Made by a program: the position numbers and the translations under genes
Assembly: GCA_039931815.1 (NCBI GenBank)
Contig: JBDTRF010000002.1
Coordinates: 1-42,424, forward strand
Source: Gemmatimonadota bacterium
Lineage (GTDB): Bacteria > Gemmatimonadota > Gemmatimonadetes > Gemmatimonadales > GWC2-71-9
Direction of reading: 5' to 3'
Length of the DNA: 42,424 nucleotides
The notes under the pieces: model-generated
Seen by the model: only the letters and a program-made list of their open reading frames with translations
Databases searched by the model: none
Told to the model about the DNA's origin: nothing
Shown: one piece after another, positions 23,458 through 32,658 of the stretch
Layout of the letters: each line of letters opens with the position of its first letter
How positions within the stretch are numbered: the first letter of the stretch is position 1

Positions 23458-25125
23458 TCACTTCGAGCGCATCACCACAATGTCCCCACCACCTACCGTC
23501 CCCGGGAAATTGGCCGCCAGGGTATAGTGCTCCTGGATCCGTGCCCAGATCTCCGGCTCTACCACGGCGAGCCGGATGGGGAAGGTGTAGACCAGCCAGG
23601 TTCGGGTATGCTGCGCTTCGATTTCCCTGAGCACCGACAGGCTATCCACGGGCAGGTAGCTCGTGTGATAGAACTCGTGATAGGGATACCGGGTCAAATC
23701 GACGGTCACAACGGCGTCCGTGGCCCCGGCTTCCCGACTCAGGAATGTGCTCGCCCCGGTGTAGTCCTGCTTGGGACCCCAGGCCTTGGGGACGGTGATA
23801 GCGCTGGCGCAGATAACCAGAATCGTCCCGACAGGAGCGAGCACCCGAAATCGGGGTGGCAGCAGCCATTCAACCAGGGCATAGCCGCCCCGGATCAGAA
23901 TCAACACCCCGAATCCGGCAGAGAAGAAAAAGAATCGGGGCCACAGATTGTGCTTGAGCGCAATCAGCGCGAGGCCGCTCAGCACCGCCGGGAGCAGCAT
24001 GGTAACGAGACCAGCCCTGGTTCGCTTCCAGTAGCTGATGATTCCAGCCGCGATGACCACGAGCCCGAGTGCAAGGGTGATCCATCCACCCGGAATGCCT
24101 TCTCCCAGGCCCCGAAGCGATTCGGTCAGAAACCAGAGCGGGCTCTGCCAGGCAGTCTGCGCCGCTCCCCTGGGCGGATGAAGCACCGTGGCGAACATCT
24201 GCGGCAGCACGATCGCATACAGCTGCAGCGTGATCGTCGCCGCGAAGAGAATCCCCCATCCCGGCAACCACGCATCAAACCCGCGCGGGCGCTGCTTCAT
24301 GCGAAAGAGAAGCACGACCCAGATCAGGAAATGCGCGACCGAGACAATGACCGCGGTGATATGGGTGTAGGCCGCAAGGCCCATACACAGGCCATAGACG
24401 ATGGCCACCCCCCACGGATGACGGTACCGACCCGTCACCATGCGGATAAATGCCGCGCTCGCCAGCAGAGTCCAGAGCAGAAGCCCGGTGTATCCACGGG
24501 CGTTCTGGGAAAACCAGACATGATGGTACGAGAAGGCCAGAAATGCAGCGGCCAGCAAGGCTTCCGCTCGTCCCGTGATCAGCCGGGCGAAATAGTACAC
24601 CGCCCATACACTGGCAACACCGAACACCGCCGCCGGCAATCGAAGTGCACCGGCACTTTCTCCAAAAATGCTGATCGAGCAGCGAGCCAGCACCGAATAC
24701 AGCAGGTGCTGATTCTGGCTGTCATACGTCGTCAGGACCCGCCCCATCGGCAGCCGGACGTAGTCGACGAGGGTCTGGATCTCATCAAACCAGAGGCCGT
24801 TCGGCAAATCGTACAGCCGAAGCAGCAGGGCGACCAGAAGTATCGCCGCCAGGGTCGCCAGCTCCCAGCGACTGGCGCGTTGAAATGGCTCATCGGCAAA
24901 CGACGCCAACGCAGTGCCGCGCACATTCTTAAGCCCCAACCGCGGAATAATGATGAGAATCGCGGCGTGCAGCAGCAGCATGCCTTTGAGGCACCATACC
25001 CCATTTTGCACGGTGGCGAGCATCGCCGACCCTCCGCCGACCAGAAAGGCCGCGGTGGCATGGACCGGCAGGGCCAGACCGAGCAGGATCAGCACGGCGG
25101 CAAGGGCGATGCTAGTTCGTGACAT
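23458..25125 (-). CDS. GT-C glycosyltransferase, ArnT/PMT-like (GT39/GT83-type)
   Basis: 555-aa polytopic ORF. The first-loop LWFDE motif is typical of polyprenyl-phosphate-sugar-dependent GT-C enzymes, and there is a soluble C-terminal domain. Confidence 0.75.
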   Translation of the reverse strand: MSRTSIALAAVLILLGLALPVHATAAFLVGGGSAMLATVQNGVWCLKGMLLLHAAILIIIPRLGLKNVRGTALASFADEPFQRASRWELATLAAILLVALLLRLYDLPNGLWFDEIQTLVDYVRLPMGRVLTTYDSQNQHLLYSVLARCSISIFGESAGALRLPAAVFGVASVWAVYYFARLITGRAEALLAAAFLAFSYHHVWFSQNARGYTGLLLWTLLASAAFIRMVTGRYRHPWGVAIVYGLCMGLAAYTHITAVIVSVAHFLIWVVLLFRMKQRPRGFDAWLPGWGILFAATITLQLYAIVLPQMFATVLHPPRGAAQTAWQSPLWFLTESLRGLGEGIPGGWITLALGLVVIAAGIISYWKRTRAGLVTMLLPAVLSGLALIALKHNLWPRFFFFSAGFGVLILIRGGYALVEWLLPPRFRVLAPVGTILVICASAITVPKAWGPKQDYTGASTFLSREAGATDAVVTVDLTRYPYHEFYHTSYLPVDSLSVLREIEAQHTRTWLVYTFPIRLAVVEPEIWARIQEHYTLAANFPGTVGGGDIVVMRSK

Positions 25126-25357
25126 TCAAAGGCTTAGGAGGCCGGGATGCTACGGAATCGTGCCCGGTACAGAGCAATGTCCGTTCCAGTGATGCCCCTT
25201 GGGGGATCGGTAGGAATGCACTAAGATGTGTGGCGACACCGCAACAAACAAGGTACCAATGCCCGTCGCGACGTCTAGCATCTATCCTGCTGATACCGGC
25301 AAGGTGCAGGATCTGGGCGGCCGGTTCTCGAATTTCCCCCTCATTTGAAGCGCTCGT

Positions 25358-27205
25358 ATGAAACCAGGGTCCGACCCAGGCGCGGAACCAGTCACGGTTA
25401 ATGTCGCCAGCCCTACAGGAGCCAGGTTCTGGATTCCGGTCGGGGTGGCGGTTTCCGCCTGGCTGACGTATGTGCTGACCCTCGAAATGCGAAACCCCCG
25501 ACTGGTCGCGTCATGGCATGGGTTCCTTCATACTGCCATCGCCAATCGGTTCCCGACGTCAGCCTGGATTCCCGAGAATCCCTTCTTTGCGGGCGAGCCT
25601 TTACGCTACTACTGGGTTTTTCACCGTGGAGCTTCCGCGCTCTCCCGAGGATTGGGGGTAGACCCCCTCTCGGCGCTCCGAATGCTCACCCTGGTCGGAT
25701 TGGTGCTCCTCGTCGGCTTCGCCTTCCTTATTGGGCGACGGGTCTGCCGTTCAACCGGCGCCGGGTTTCTCATTGGATTCCTGGCGCTTGCGGGGCTCAA
25801 CCCTTTGGGACCGGCCATCGCCATCGCACGGCACGAGACGCAGGGTCTGATCCTGCTTGAGAAGGAGGCTGGAGCCCCGTCGGTGGAGACGGTGTTTACC
25901 GGGAACGAGGCCGCCGATCAGTTCATGGGGAGGAATCTCCTGGGTGCGATGTACTTCTCCACCGACTGGAGACACGGCGAGAACATTGTCTGGTTCTTCG
26001 ATATTTCGTCGAGAGGTCTTTCCCTCGCCGCGCTGTTGGCCCTGGTCCTCCTCGTGTTACCGCCCGAACGCGGCGCGTTTCGACTGGTCCTGATTGGCGT
26101 GACCACGGCCCTGCTTGCCGCGCTCAACCCTATCGTGGGCCTGGCGAGCGCCATGATGCTCGGATTCTCCCTTCTTTTTATCGACGCGATGGATTTGCGG
26201 CGGGCAACGGGAAAATTCGGCCTCCCATCCCGATCACTCATCATGACGGTCGGGGCGCTGGCCCTGGGAGTGATTCTCGCCGTTCCGACTTTTTACCACC
26301 TCTTCGCCAGCGGCGGGGGCGGCACCTCGATCAACCCCCCGGGAGTGATCGCGATGAAGCTGGTCAACATGGGGGTCAATTTCATCGTCCTGCTTCCGCT
26401 TGCCTTGCTGTCCACCCGGGTCCAACTACCCGGCCTCACCACCATCCTTCGTGCCTTCGTGGTGACGGCAGGACTGCTCCTGATCATCATGCTCACCGTT
26501 CACCTCGAAGAAGGCAACGAGCACAACCTGACCAACACCGCCCAGGTCCTGCTGGCTCTGCCCGCCGTCGTCGCGCTCGCGTTTCAGCGGAACGGCAGGC
26601 CGCGGAGGAATCGAGCCGCCATATTCGCGGTGACAACCGCGGCCTTCCTTCCCGTGACCGCTGCCACCTGGGTCGCGTTCGATGGTCGGCCCGCGCTCCC
26701 GTTTCAGGCCGCTCATGGTGTGCTGGAACGGACCCCATCGAACGCCCCCCTTGCCGAACTCTATCGCTGGATCATGCGGGAAACCGGGCGCGATGCGGTG
26801 TTCGTCGTTGACCCCTCGGAGCCCGTGAAAATGTCCGGCAACGTGTCCGAGCTGCCGGCGTTTACCGGTCGATCACTCCTTACCGACCAGCCCAGCTATC
26901 TCACGACGCCCTACCCCGATTCCCCGAGGCGTACGGCCATCGCGTTGGCGATGGTGCACGGTGAGAAACTGACGGCCCCCGACTCGGCATATCTTTGGCG
27001 GCTGGCAAGGCCAGCTTCGCATAACGCTCGCGAGATTGACGTGATTACATATCATGCTGACCACGGTGACCTGATGGACACGCTCGAGTTGCGCTATGGA
27101 CCCGCACGATTCCACCAGGGCTTTACCGCCGTCTTCTCCTATGACTCCGGCGGCAACCGGATACATTCCGACTCAACCGGTGCAAACGGAGCTCGCGGAC
27201 AATGA
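25358..27205 (+). CDS. Polytopic membrane protein with a soluble C-terminal domain; candidate GT-C arabinosyltransferase or polymerase
   Basis: 615-aa ORF from ATG 25358 with at least 10 hydrophobic helices, directly upstream of the UbiA/DprE1/DprE2 cassette on the same strand. I recognised no family motif; the function is inferred from context. Confidence 0.45.
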   Translation: MKPGSDPGAEPVTVNVASPTGARFWIPVGVAVSAWLTYVLTLEMRNPRLVASWHGFLHTAIANRFPTSAWIPENPFFAGEPLRYYWVFHRGASALSRGLGVDPLSALRMLTLVGLVLLVGFAFLIGRRVCRSTGAGFLIGFLALAGLNPLGPAIAIARHETQGLILLEKEAGAPSVETVFTGNEAADQFMGRNLLGAMYFSTDWRHGENIVWFFDISSRGLSLAALLALVLLVLPPERGAFRLVLIGVTTALLAALNPIVGLASAMMLGFSLLFIDAMDLRRATGKFGLPSRSLIMTVGALALGVILAVPTFYHLFASGGGGTSINPPGVIAMKLVNMGVNFIVLLPLALLSTRVQLPGLTTILRAFVVTAGLLLIIMLTVHLEEGNEHNLTNTAQVLLALPAVVALAFQRNGRPRRNRAAIFAVTTAAFLPVTAATWVAFDGRPALPFQAAHGVLERTPSNAPLAELYRWIMRETGRDAVFVVDPSEPVKMSGNVSELPAFTGRSLLTDQPSYLTTPYPDSPRRTAIALAMVHGEKLTAPDSAYLWRLARPASHNAREIDVITYHADHGDLMDTLELRYGPARFHQGFTAVFSYDSGGNRIHSDSTGANGARGQ

Positions 27206-27281
27206 TTCGGCAACCAACGACCGCGGGAAATGAGAACGAAGTTCTTCCCCGGCGGGGTCGCGGAAGAGCGCGTTTCCCGGC

Positions 27282-28148
27282 GTGGCCTGGTTCCGGGAGA
27301 TTCGGCCCCATCAATGGGCCAAGAATTTTCTCATCTTCCTCCCTGCCATGGCGGCCCACCTGCAGTGGAACCGGGAGCAGCTGACGGATCTCCTGGCCGG
27401 GTTCATTGCCTTTTCGTTCCTCGCCTCCGCGGTCTATGTCGTCAACGACCTGGTCGACCTGCCCAACGACCGGCAACACGCCACCAAGCGCAACCGGCCC
27501 ATCGCCGCGGGGCTGATCTCTCCACCGGCAGCCATCGCAGGGGCTGCGGTCCTTGTGGTCATATCGGCAGTGGCTGCGCTGCAGCTTCCCCGTATTTTTC
27601 AACTGACACTCCTGGTCTACCTGGCGATTACCACCGCGTACTCGTTCGCGCTCAAACGGCGCGTCCTGCTGGATGTGATCTGCCTGGCGGGGCTGTATAC
27701 CATTCGCGTCGTCGCCGGCTCCACCCTGGTGGATGCCCCGCTGTCCCAGTGGTTCCTCGCCTTTTCCATCTTTTTCTTCTTTGCGCTGGCACTGGTGAAG
27801 CGAGTCGCCGAACTCCGGCCATTGCTGTCGGAACCGGGTCAGGTCGTCGCCGGACGGGGCTATGCTGCGCCGGACGTGCCGATGCTGACATCCCTCGGTA
27901 CCGGTGCGTCGATGGCAAGCGCGCTGGTGTATTGCCTCTACATCACCAGCACCGAGGTCACCAGACTCTATCATCACCCGAAACTGCTCTGGATCGGCCT
28001 GCCGCTGTTCCTGTACTGGATCACCCGCGTCTGGCTGCTGACGGCACGAGGGAGAATGAACGAGGATCCAGTGGTATTCGCCCTGCGGGATCGCATGAGC
28101 TACCTCATCGCTTTCGGGTTCCTGGTGACCATCTGGCTCGCGGCATGA
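27282..28148 (+). CDS. UbiA-family prenyltransferase, decaprenyl-phosphate phosphoribosyltransferase-like
   Basis: 288-aa ORF with a GTG start. Motifs: IRPHQWAKN and an Asp-rich VVNDLVDLPNDRQH, on a polytopic protein. Its stop overlaps the next ATG (ATGA at 28145-28148). Confidence 0.8.
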   Translation: MAWFREIRPHQWAKNFLIFLPAMAAHLQWNREQLTDLLAGFIAFSFLASAVYVVNDLVDLPNDRQHATKRNRPIAAGLISPPAAIAGAAVLVVISAVAALQLPRIFQLTLLVYLAITTAYSFALKRRVLLDVICLAGLYTIRVVAGSTLVDAPLSQWFLAFSIFFFFALALVKRVAELRPLLSEPGQVVAGRGYAAPDVPMLTSLGTGASMASALVYCLYITSTEVTRLYHHPKLLWIGLPLFLYWITRVWLLTARGRMNEDPVVFALRDRMSYLIAFGFLVTIWLAA

Positions 28149-29509
28149 ATGGAACTCTTCCCCCCCAGCAGATTTCCGGCTGGGGACGATATCCCACCGG
28201 CACCAGCCAACTGGCCCGACCCGAACAGGTTCGAGGTATCACGGACCTGGTGGGCGCCCATCGCTATGTCATCGCGCGCGGCCTCGGCCGGAGTTATGGC
28301 GACGCCGCCATCAATGAAGCCGGCGTCACCCTGCTGCTCGAACGCTTCAACCGGTTTCTCAGCTTTGATTCGGCCACCGGGATGGTTCGCTGTGAAGCGG
28401 GAGTCACCATCGCCGATCTGCTGACCCATTTTCTTCCCCGCGGATTTTTTCCCCCGGTGACACCCGGCACCAGGTTCGTGACCCTGGGCGGGGCTCTCGC
28501 CGCCGATGTGCACGGTAAGAATCATCATAAGGATGGATCCTTCTCGCGCCACGTCGAAGAGTTCAATCTGCTCACGGCCGAGGGCGGGATACTTCGGTGC
28601 AGCCGGCAGGAGAACGCCGACGTGTTCTGGGCTACAATGGGAGGCATGGGCCTCACCGGAATCGTGACCGAGATCAGCTTTCGAATGAAGCGGGTGGAAA
28701 GTGCCTACGTCTCTGTGGACTACGACCAGGCACCCAATCTCGACGCCGCGCTCGCGCTCTTCGAAAATTCGGACCAGGGTTACACCCACTCCGTGGCATG
28801 GATCGACTGCCTCGCCCGCGGGCGGAACCTTGGGCGGAGCGTACTCATGCGCGGCAACTGGGCGACGCCATCCAAACTTCACCGGCGGCAGGCCGAGAAT
28901 CCGCATGCGCTGCCCCCAGCCAGGGGCCTTGGCGTTCCCTTTGACGCACCCCGGTTCTTACTCAACCCCGCCAGCGTCCGGCTATTTAACTCCGCCTTCT
29001 ATCATCGGCACCGCACTCGGCACGATGTGGTCGTGCCGTATGAGCCGTTTTTCTATCCCCTCGACAAGATCCGGCATTGGAATCGGTTGTATGGCAACCG
29101 CGGCTTCCTTCAGTATCAATGCGTCCTTCCCCTCGGCTCCAGTCGGGATGGGATGATCCGGATGCTGGAACTGCTCTCCTCCGAAGGACACGCCTCGTTT
29201 CTCGCGGTGCTCAAACGATTCGGTGAAACCGAAGGCGAACAGCTGCTGTCTTTTCCCCGACCCGGCTATACCCTGGCGGTCGATCTCCCCCGGAATGGCG
29301 AGCGACAGGACCGGTTGCTCAAGGAACTGGACCAGGTGGTCCTGAAGGCAGGAGGCCGCGTGTACCTGGCCAAGGATGCCCGGCTCTCCAGCGAGAGTTT
29401 CCAGGCGATGTACCCCGAATTGCCCCGCTGGCTCGCCATCAAGCGTCGGGTTGATCCGAACCGACGATTCACTTCCTCGCTCTCGCGCCGCCTGGGGCTC
29501 GACGGATGA
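28145..29509 (+). CDS. dprE1: FAD-linked oxidase, DprE1-like (polyprenylphosphoryl-beta-D-ribose 2'-oxidase)
   Basis: Internal ATG 28145 of track ORF 27230-29509, whose 5' part is an out-of-frame overlap of the UbiA gene. Collinear with remembered M. tuberculosis DprE1: ISGWGRYP, ARGLGRSYGD, PGTRFVTLGGALAADVHGKNHH, FWATMGGMGLTGI, FLQYQ and RVYLAKDARL. Confidence 0.85.
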   Translation: MNGTLPPQQISGWGRYPTGTSQLARPEQVRGITDLVGAHRYVIARGLGRSYGDAAINEAGVTLLLERFNRFLSFDSATGMVRCEAGVTIADLLTHFLPRGFFPPVTPGTRFVTLGGALAADVHGKNHHKDGSFSRHVEEFNLLTAEGGILRCSRQENADVFWATMGGMGLTGIVTEISFRMKRVESAYVSVDYDQAPNLDAALALFENSDQGYTHSVAWIDCLARGRNLGRSVLMRGNWATPSKLHRRQAENPHALPPARGLGVPFDAPRFLLNPASVRLFNSAFYHRHRTRHDVVVPYEPFFYPLDKIRHWNRLYGNRGFLQYQCVLPLGSSRDGMIRMLELLSSEGHASFLAVLKRFGETEGEQLLSFPRPGYTLAVDLPRNGERQDRLLKELDQVVLKAGGRVYLAKDARLSSESFQAMYPELPRWLAIKRRVDPNRRFTSSLSRRLGLDG

Positions 29510-30270
29510 TCGTCATCCCCAGGAGCAATCACGGCACCGTGCTCATCGCCGGTGCGACATCCAGCATTGCCCGAGGCGTCGCGGCCGGGTTCGCCCGCCG
29601 GGGATATGATCTCTGCCTGGCCGGCCGGGACCTGGACGAAGTGCGGCGGGTGGCCAGCGATATTGCCGTTCGGCACCAGGTGAACGTCAGTGCCGTCCGC
29701 TTCGAGGCCAGCGACGCGGCATCACATGCTGGAGTGCTGGAACGACTGATGGACGAGGGAAGCGCCGAACTGGTTGGGGCCGTGCTCTGTTTCGGCGTCC
29801 TTGGGGAACAGTCTGTCGCCGAGAGTGATTTTCCCTACGCCCGGGAGATCATTGCCGTCAATTTTATGGCGGCGGTGGCGCTGCTGACACCGCTCGGGAC
29901 TTATTTCCACGCACGAAAACGCGGCTTTATCGGTGCGATCGCCTCCGTGGCCGGCGATCGCGGCCGCCAGAGCAACTATGTCTACGGTGCCGCCAAGGGC
30001 GGACTGGCTATTTTTCTCCAGGGCATGCGGCAGCGGCTGGCCAAGCATGGCGTGAGCGTGACAACGATCAAGCCCGGCTTCGTGGATACGAAGATGACCT
30101 TCGGCCTGCCGGGAATGTTCCTGGTTGCCAGGCCCGAGGACGTCGGAGAGGCGATTGTGGCCGCGGTCTTGAAGGGTCGAACGGTGGCCTACATTCCCGG
30201 CTTCTGGAAATGGATCATGCTCATTATCAAATCGATCCCGGAACACGTCTTTGTGAAACTGAAATTGTAA
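29506..30270 (+). CDS. dprE2: Short-chain dehydrogenase/reductase, DprE2-like
   Basis: 254-aa ORF whose ATG overlaps the upstream stop (ATGA). Motifs: LIAGATSSIARG and a YxxxK in YVYGAAKGG. The position after the DprE1-like gene matches the epimerase pair. Confidence 0.75.
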   Translation: MIVIPRSNHGTVLIAGATSSIARGVAAGFARRGYDLCLAGRDLDEVRRVASDIAVRHQVNVSAVRFEASDAASHAGVLERLMDEGSAELVGAVLCFGVLGEQSVAESDFPYAREIIAVNFMAAVALLTPLGTYFHARKRGFIGAIASVAGDRGRQSNYVYGAAKGGLAIFLQGMRQRLAKHGVSVTTIKPGFVDTKMTFGLPGMFLVARPEDVGEAIVAAVLKGRTVAYIPGFWKWIMLIIKSIPEHVFVKLKL

Positions 30271-30397
30271 GTCAGATGGTGACGATTACCCGGTGACAGT
30301 GACTCGAGACGGGTAGGAGGTGAAAAGGGCGCGATCAGAGATTGCCTTTTGTAGTTAAGCGACCCAGACACGATCCCTCTGCATTCGCTCGTCCTGG

Positions 30398-31132
30398 TTA
30401 CGGGTCGCGCTTGTTGTATTTCGCAAACGTCCTGAATCCAATAAACCAATCCCGCATTCCGATCTTCTTGCCCTCGGCCTTACTCCGGGGAAAATACCTG
30501 ATCGGCACTTCCCTGATGGTGCACCCGCGAGCCAGGATCCGGGCGGTGATTTCATGATCCAGTTCGAACCCCGACGTTTCCAGGGGAAGGGCCTTGATCA
30601 GATTCGACCGGAAGAGCTTCAACGCCGTAACCGTATCCGACAGGTAGGAACCAGTGAAGAAAAGCGCGATGAAACTGAGGCTCTGTCCGCCGAGATAGGC
30701 CATCAGGCCCTGGTTCGCATGCTTCCCGGTGACCAGGTTCGCCAGCTTTCCCTTGTCCGGGTACTTCATGTAGCGGCTCCCGTACACCGCGTCGACGCCC
30801 GGCTCCTGCAGCTTTCTGAACATGGGGATATAGTCCGCCGGGTCATACTCCAGGTCTGCGTCCTGGATGATGAGATACTCACCGGTCGCTAACGCGATCC
30901 CGGCGCGAACCGCAGCCCCCTTCCCCGCGTTGACCGGCTGATTGTGCAGCCGAACCTGGGGAAAGCCCGCCACCACGCCAGCCGTCCCATCCCTGGAACA
31001 GTCATTCACCACGATGATTTCTTTCTCGAGCCCGAGGGCAGACAGGTCGAGCCGGATAATACGCTCCAGCAGGGTCCCGATGAATCGCTCTTCGTTGTAT
31101 GCCGGAATAATGATCGAGAGGGTTTCTGGCAT
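30398..31132 (-). CDS. GT2 glycosyltransferase (DPM1-like soluble catalytic domain)
   Basis: 244-aa ORF. Motifs: LSIIIPAYNEE, IIVVNDCSRDGT and IIQDADLEYDP. Confidence 0.8.
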   Translation of the reverse strand: MPETLSIIIPAYNEERFIGTLLERIIRLDLSALGLEKEIIVVNDCSRDGTAGVVAGFPQVRLHNQPVNAGKGAAVRAGIALATGEYLIIQDADLEYDPADYIPMFRKLQEPGVDAVYGSRYMKYPDKGKLANLVTGKHANQGLMAYLGGQSLSFIALFFTGSYLSDTVTALKLFRSNLIKALPLETSGFELDHEITARILARGCTIREVPIRYFPRSKAEGKKIGMRDWFIGFRTFAKYNKRDP

Positions 31133-31246
31133 CAGATGTTACCCGGTGAAAAGACAGGTGCCAGGCCAACGGCTACAGCAGGAACGAAAAGGGGAGAAAT
31201 GGAATTACCTGGCACCCGGGATGAAGGGGGGCCTGGTGGCCAGTAT

Positions 31247-31996
31247 TCAGCGAGAGCCCGAGCCGAGATACTGGGACACTTTCTCCAGCTCCTCTTCCGT
31301 ATTAATGCCAATCGCTTCGATCGGCGCAGTGGCCCGAATGGTTCGCACCGAACCTCGCGACGCCAGCCATGGAATGAATGGCAGGAAGTTCCGTTCGCCG
31401 GTCAACCGCCCGAGTGGCGCCGCCTCCGCGTACTGGGGAAGCAAGTCGAGGTACGTCGCGGCCGTCAGGGCGAACAGTCCAATATCCCCTTCGCCATGTT
31501 CCGGCATGGTGTCGCCCTCCCGCCGGTGTAGAACCTCTGCAATCCCCCCGTCCGGATGGCGGGCAAAGTGAATGTAGGGCGCGCCAAGAATCACGGTAGG
31601 AAGTCCCAGCGCCGGTATCCGTGCGGTTCCCATCAGGCTGGCGAGGCGTCGAACTGTCTCGGATTCAACCGCCACCTGGTCACACCAGGTGATCCACACT
31701 TCGTCGGGATGGAGTTGCCGAACCCGCTCACACGGGATCAGAATGGCATCCAGCATCCCCGTTGGAGACTCCTGGACGAGGATTTCAATCTTTTCCTCTC
31801 GGCCCTTGAGGTGGGATCGCACCGCCGATTCGGCTCCTGGGCTTACGACCAGGAGAAAGACCGATGCCACGTCGCGATAGCGCTGGAAGAGGTAGTCAAT
31901 CATGGGACGGCCGTTGACCGGCACCAGGAGCTTGGGAAGGTTCGATCCCAGTCGCGAGCCGCGGCCGGCGGCCGGAATGACGATGATCCGGTTCAT
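31247..31996 (-). CDS. Nucleotidyltransferase family protein (sugar- or hydroxyacid-phosphate NTP transferase fold)
   Basis: 249-aa ORF with the N-terminal motif IIVIPAAGRGSRLGSNLPKLLVPVNGRPMI. Its ATG overlaps the upstream stop (ATGA). Confidence 0.75.
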   Translation of the reverse strand: MNRIIVIPAAGRGSRLGSNLPKLLVPVNGRPMIDYLFQRYRDVASVFLLVVSPGAESAVRSHLKGREEKIEILVQESPTGMLDAILIPCERVRQLHPDEVWITWCDQVAVESETVRRLASLMGTARIPALGLPTVILGAPYIHFARHPDGGIAEVLHRREGDTMPEHGEGDIGLFALTAATYLDLLPQYAEAAPLGRLTGERNFLPFIPWLASRGSVRTIRATAPIEAIGINTEEELEKVSQYLGSGSR

Positions 31997-32658
31997 CGGC
32001 GTTTTGCCGCGTCCGACGTTATCGCCGCGAGCATCATGTTCAGGTCGGGAAAGGCGCCGATAAACCTGGCATGGTCGATGGTTTCACCCGTCCGCACTGA
32101 CGCCGTCGCCGCCCCCGCGGCGTCCCCAGCCTGGAGGCCTGCGGCACTGTCTTCCACGACCAGGCTTCGTTCCGGTCGGCCATTCGCCAACCTGATGGCT
32201 CGTGCGTACGTCTCCGGATTCGGCTTCCCCTCGAGAACGTCATCTGCCGTTACCATGACTGGAAGCAATGGCGCGAGCCCGGTCTGGTTCAGCAACATGG
32301 TCGCGGTCTGCCGTGAGGCACCCGTTCCCAATGCCAGCTGGTAACCCTGCCGGGAAAGCGCCTGGAGAACGGGCAACGCATCCGGAAACGCGGCGGTGGT
32401 GCGCAAGTACTCCCGCGCGCGTTCCTGCTTATACCGCGTCCAGCTTTCGATCTGGGGGCGGGATGGCTTGCTGGCGGCGGTGAATTCCCGAACGACAGAC
32501 TCGGTCGAACGCCCTGCGATTGCTGGATAGGCGGGAGGATGAGTGACCCCCGCGAATGACCAGAGATCGGCGAAAGCGCGCGCGTGACACCCCGAACTAT
32601 CGGTGAGAACGCCGTCCATGTCGAAGACGATGAGATCGAATCGGCCGACCCGGTTCAC
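31993..32658 (-). CDS. HAD-superfamily hydrolase (beta-phosphoglucomutase/phosphatase-like)
   Basis: 221-aa ORF whose GTG start overlaps the upstream stop (GTGA). It has the DxDxT/V motif (LIVFDMDGVLTDS) and a later VVEDSAAG. Confidence 0.8.
   Translation of the reverse strand: MNRVGRFDLIVFDMDGVLTDSSGCHARAFADLWSFAGVTHPPAYPAIAGRSTESVVREFTAASKPSRPQIESWTRYKQERAREYLRTTAAFPDALPVLQALSRQGYQLALGTGASRQTATMLLNQTGLAPLLPVMVTADDVLEGKPNPETYARAIRLANGRPERSLVVEDSAAGLQAGDAAGAATASVRTGETIDHARFIGAFPDLNMMLAAITSDAAKRR

Noticed and set aside
19911-25122. Long plus-strand ORFs 19911-21440 (509 aa) and 23296-25122 (608 aa), plus minus/plus ORFs 21329-22054 and 21706-22503
   Set aside because: They are Arg/Gly/Pro-rich with no family motifs. 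Each is fully antisense to, or frame-shifted over, well-supported minus-strand genes (FAD oxidoreductase, flippase-like protein, GT-C).
27230-28144. N-terminal 305 codons of the 759-aa track ORF 27230-29509
   Set aside because: This part overlaps the UbiA-family gene in another frame and is Arg/Pro/Gly-rich. DprE1 homology begins exactly at ATG 28145, which overlaps the UbiA stop (ATGA).
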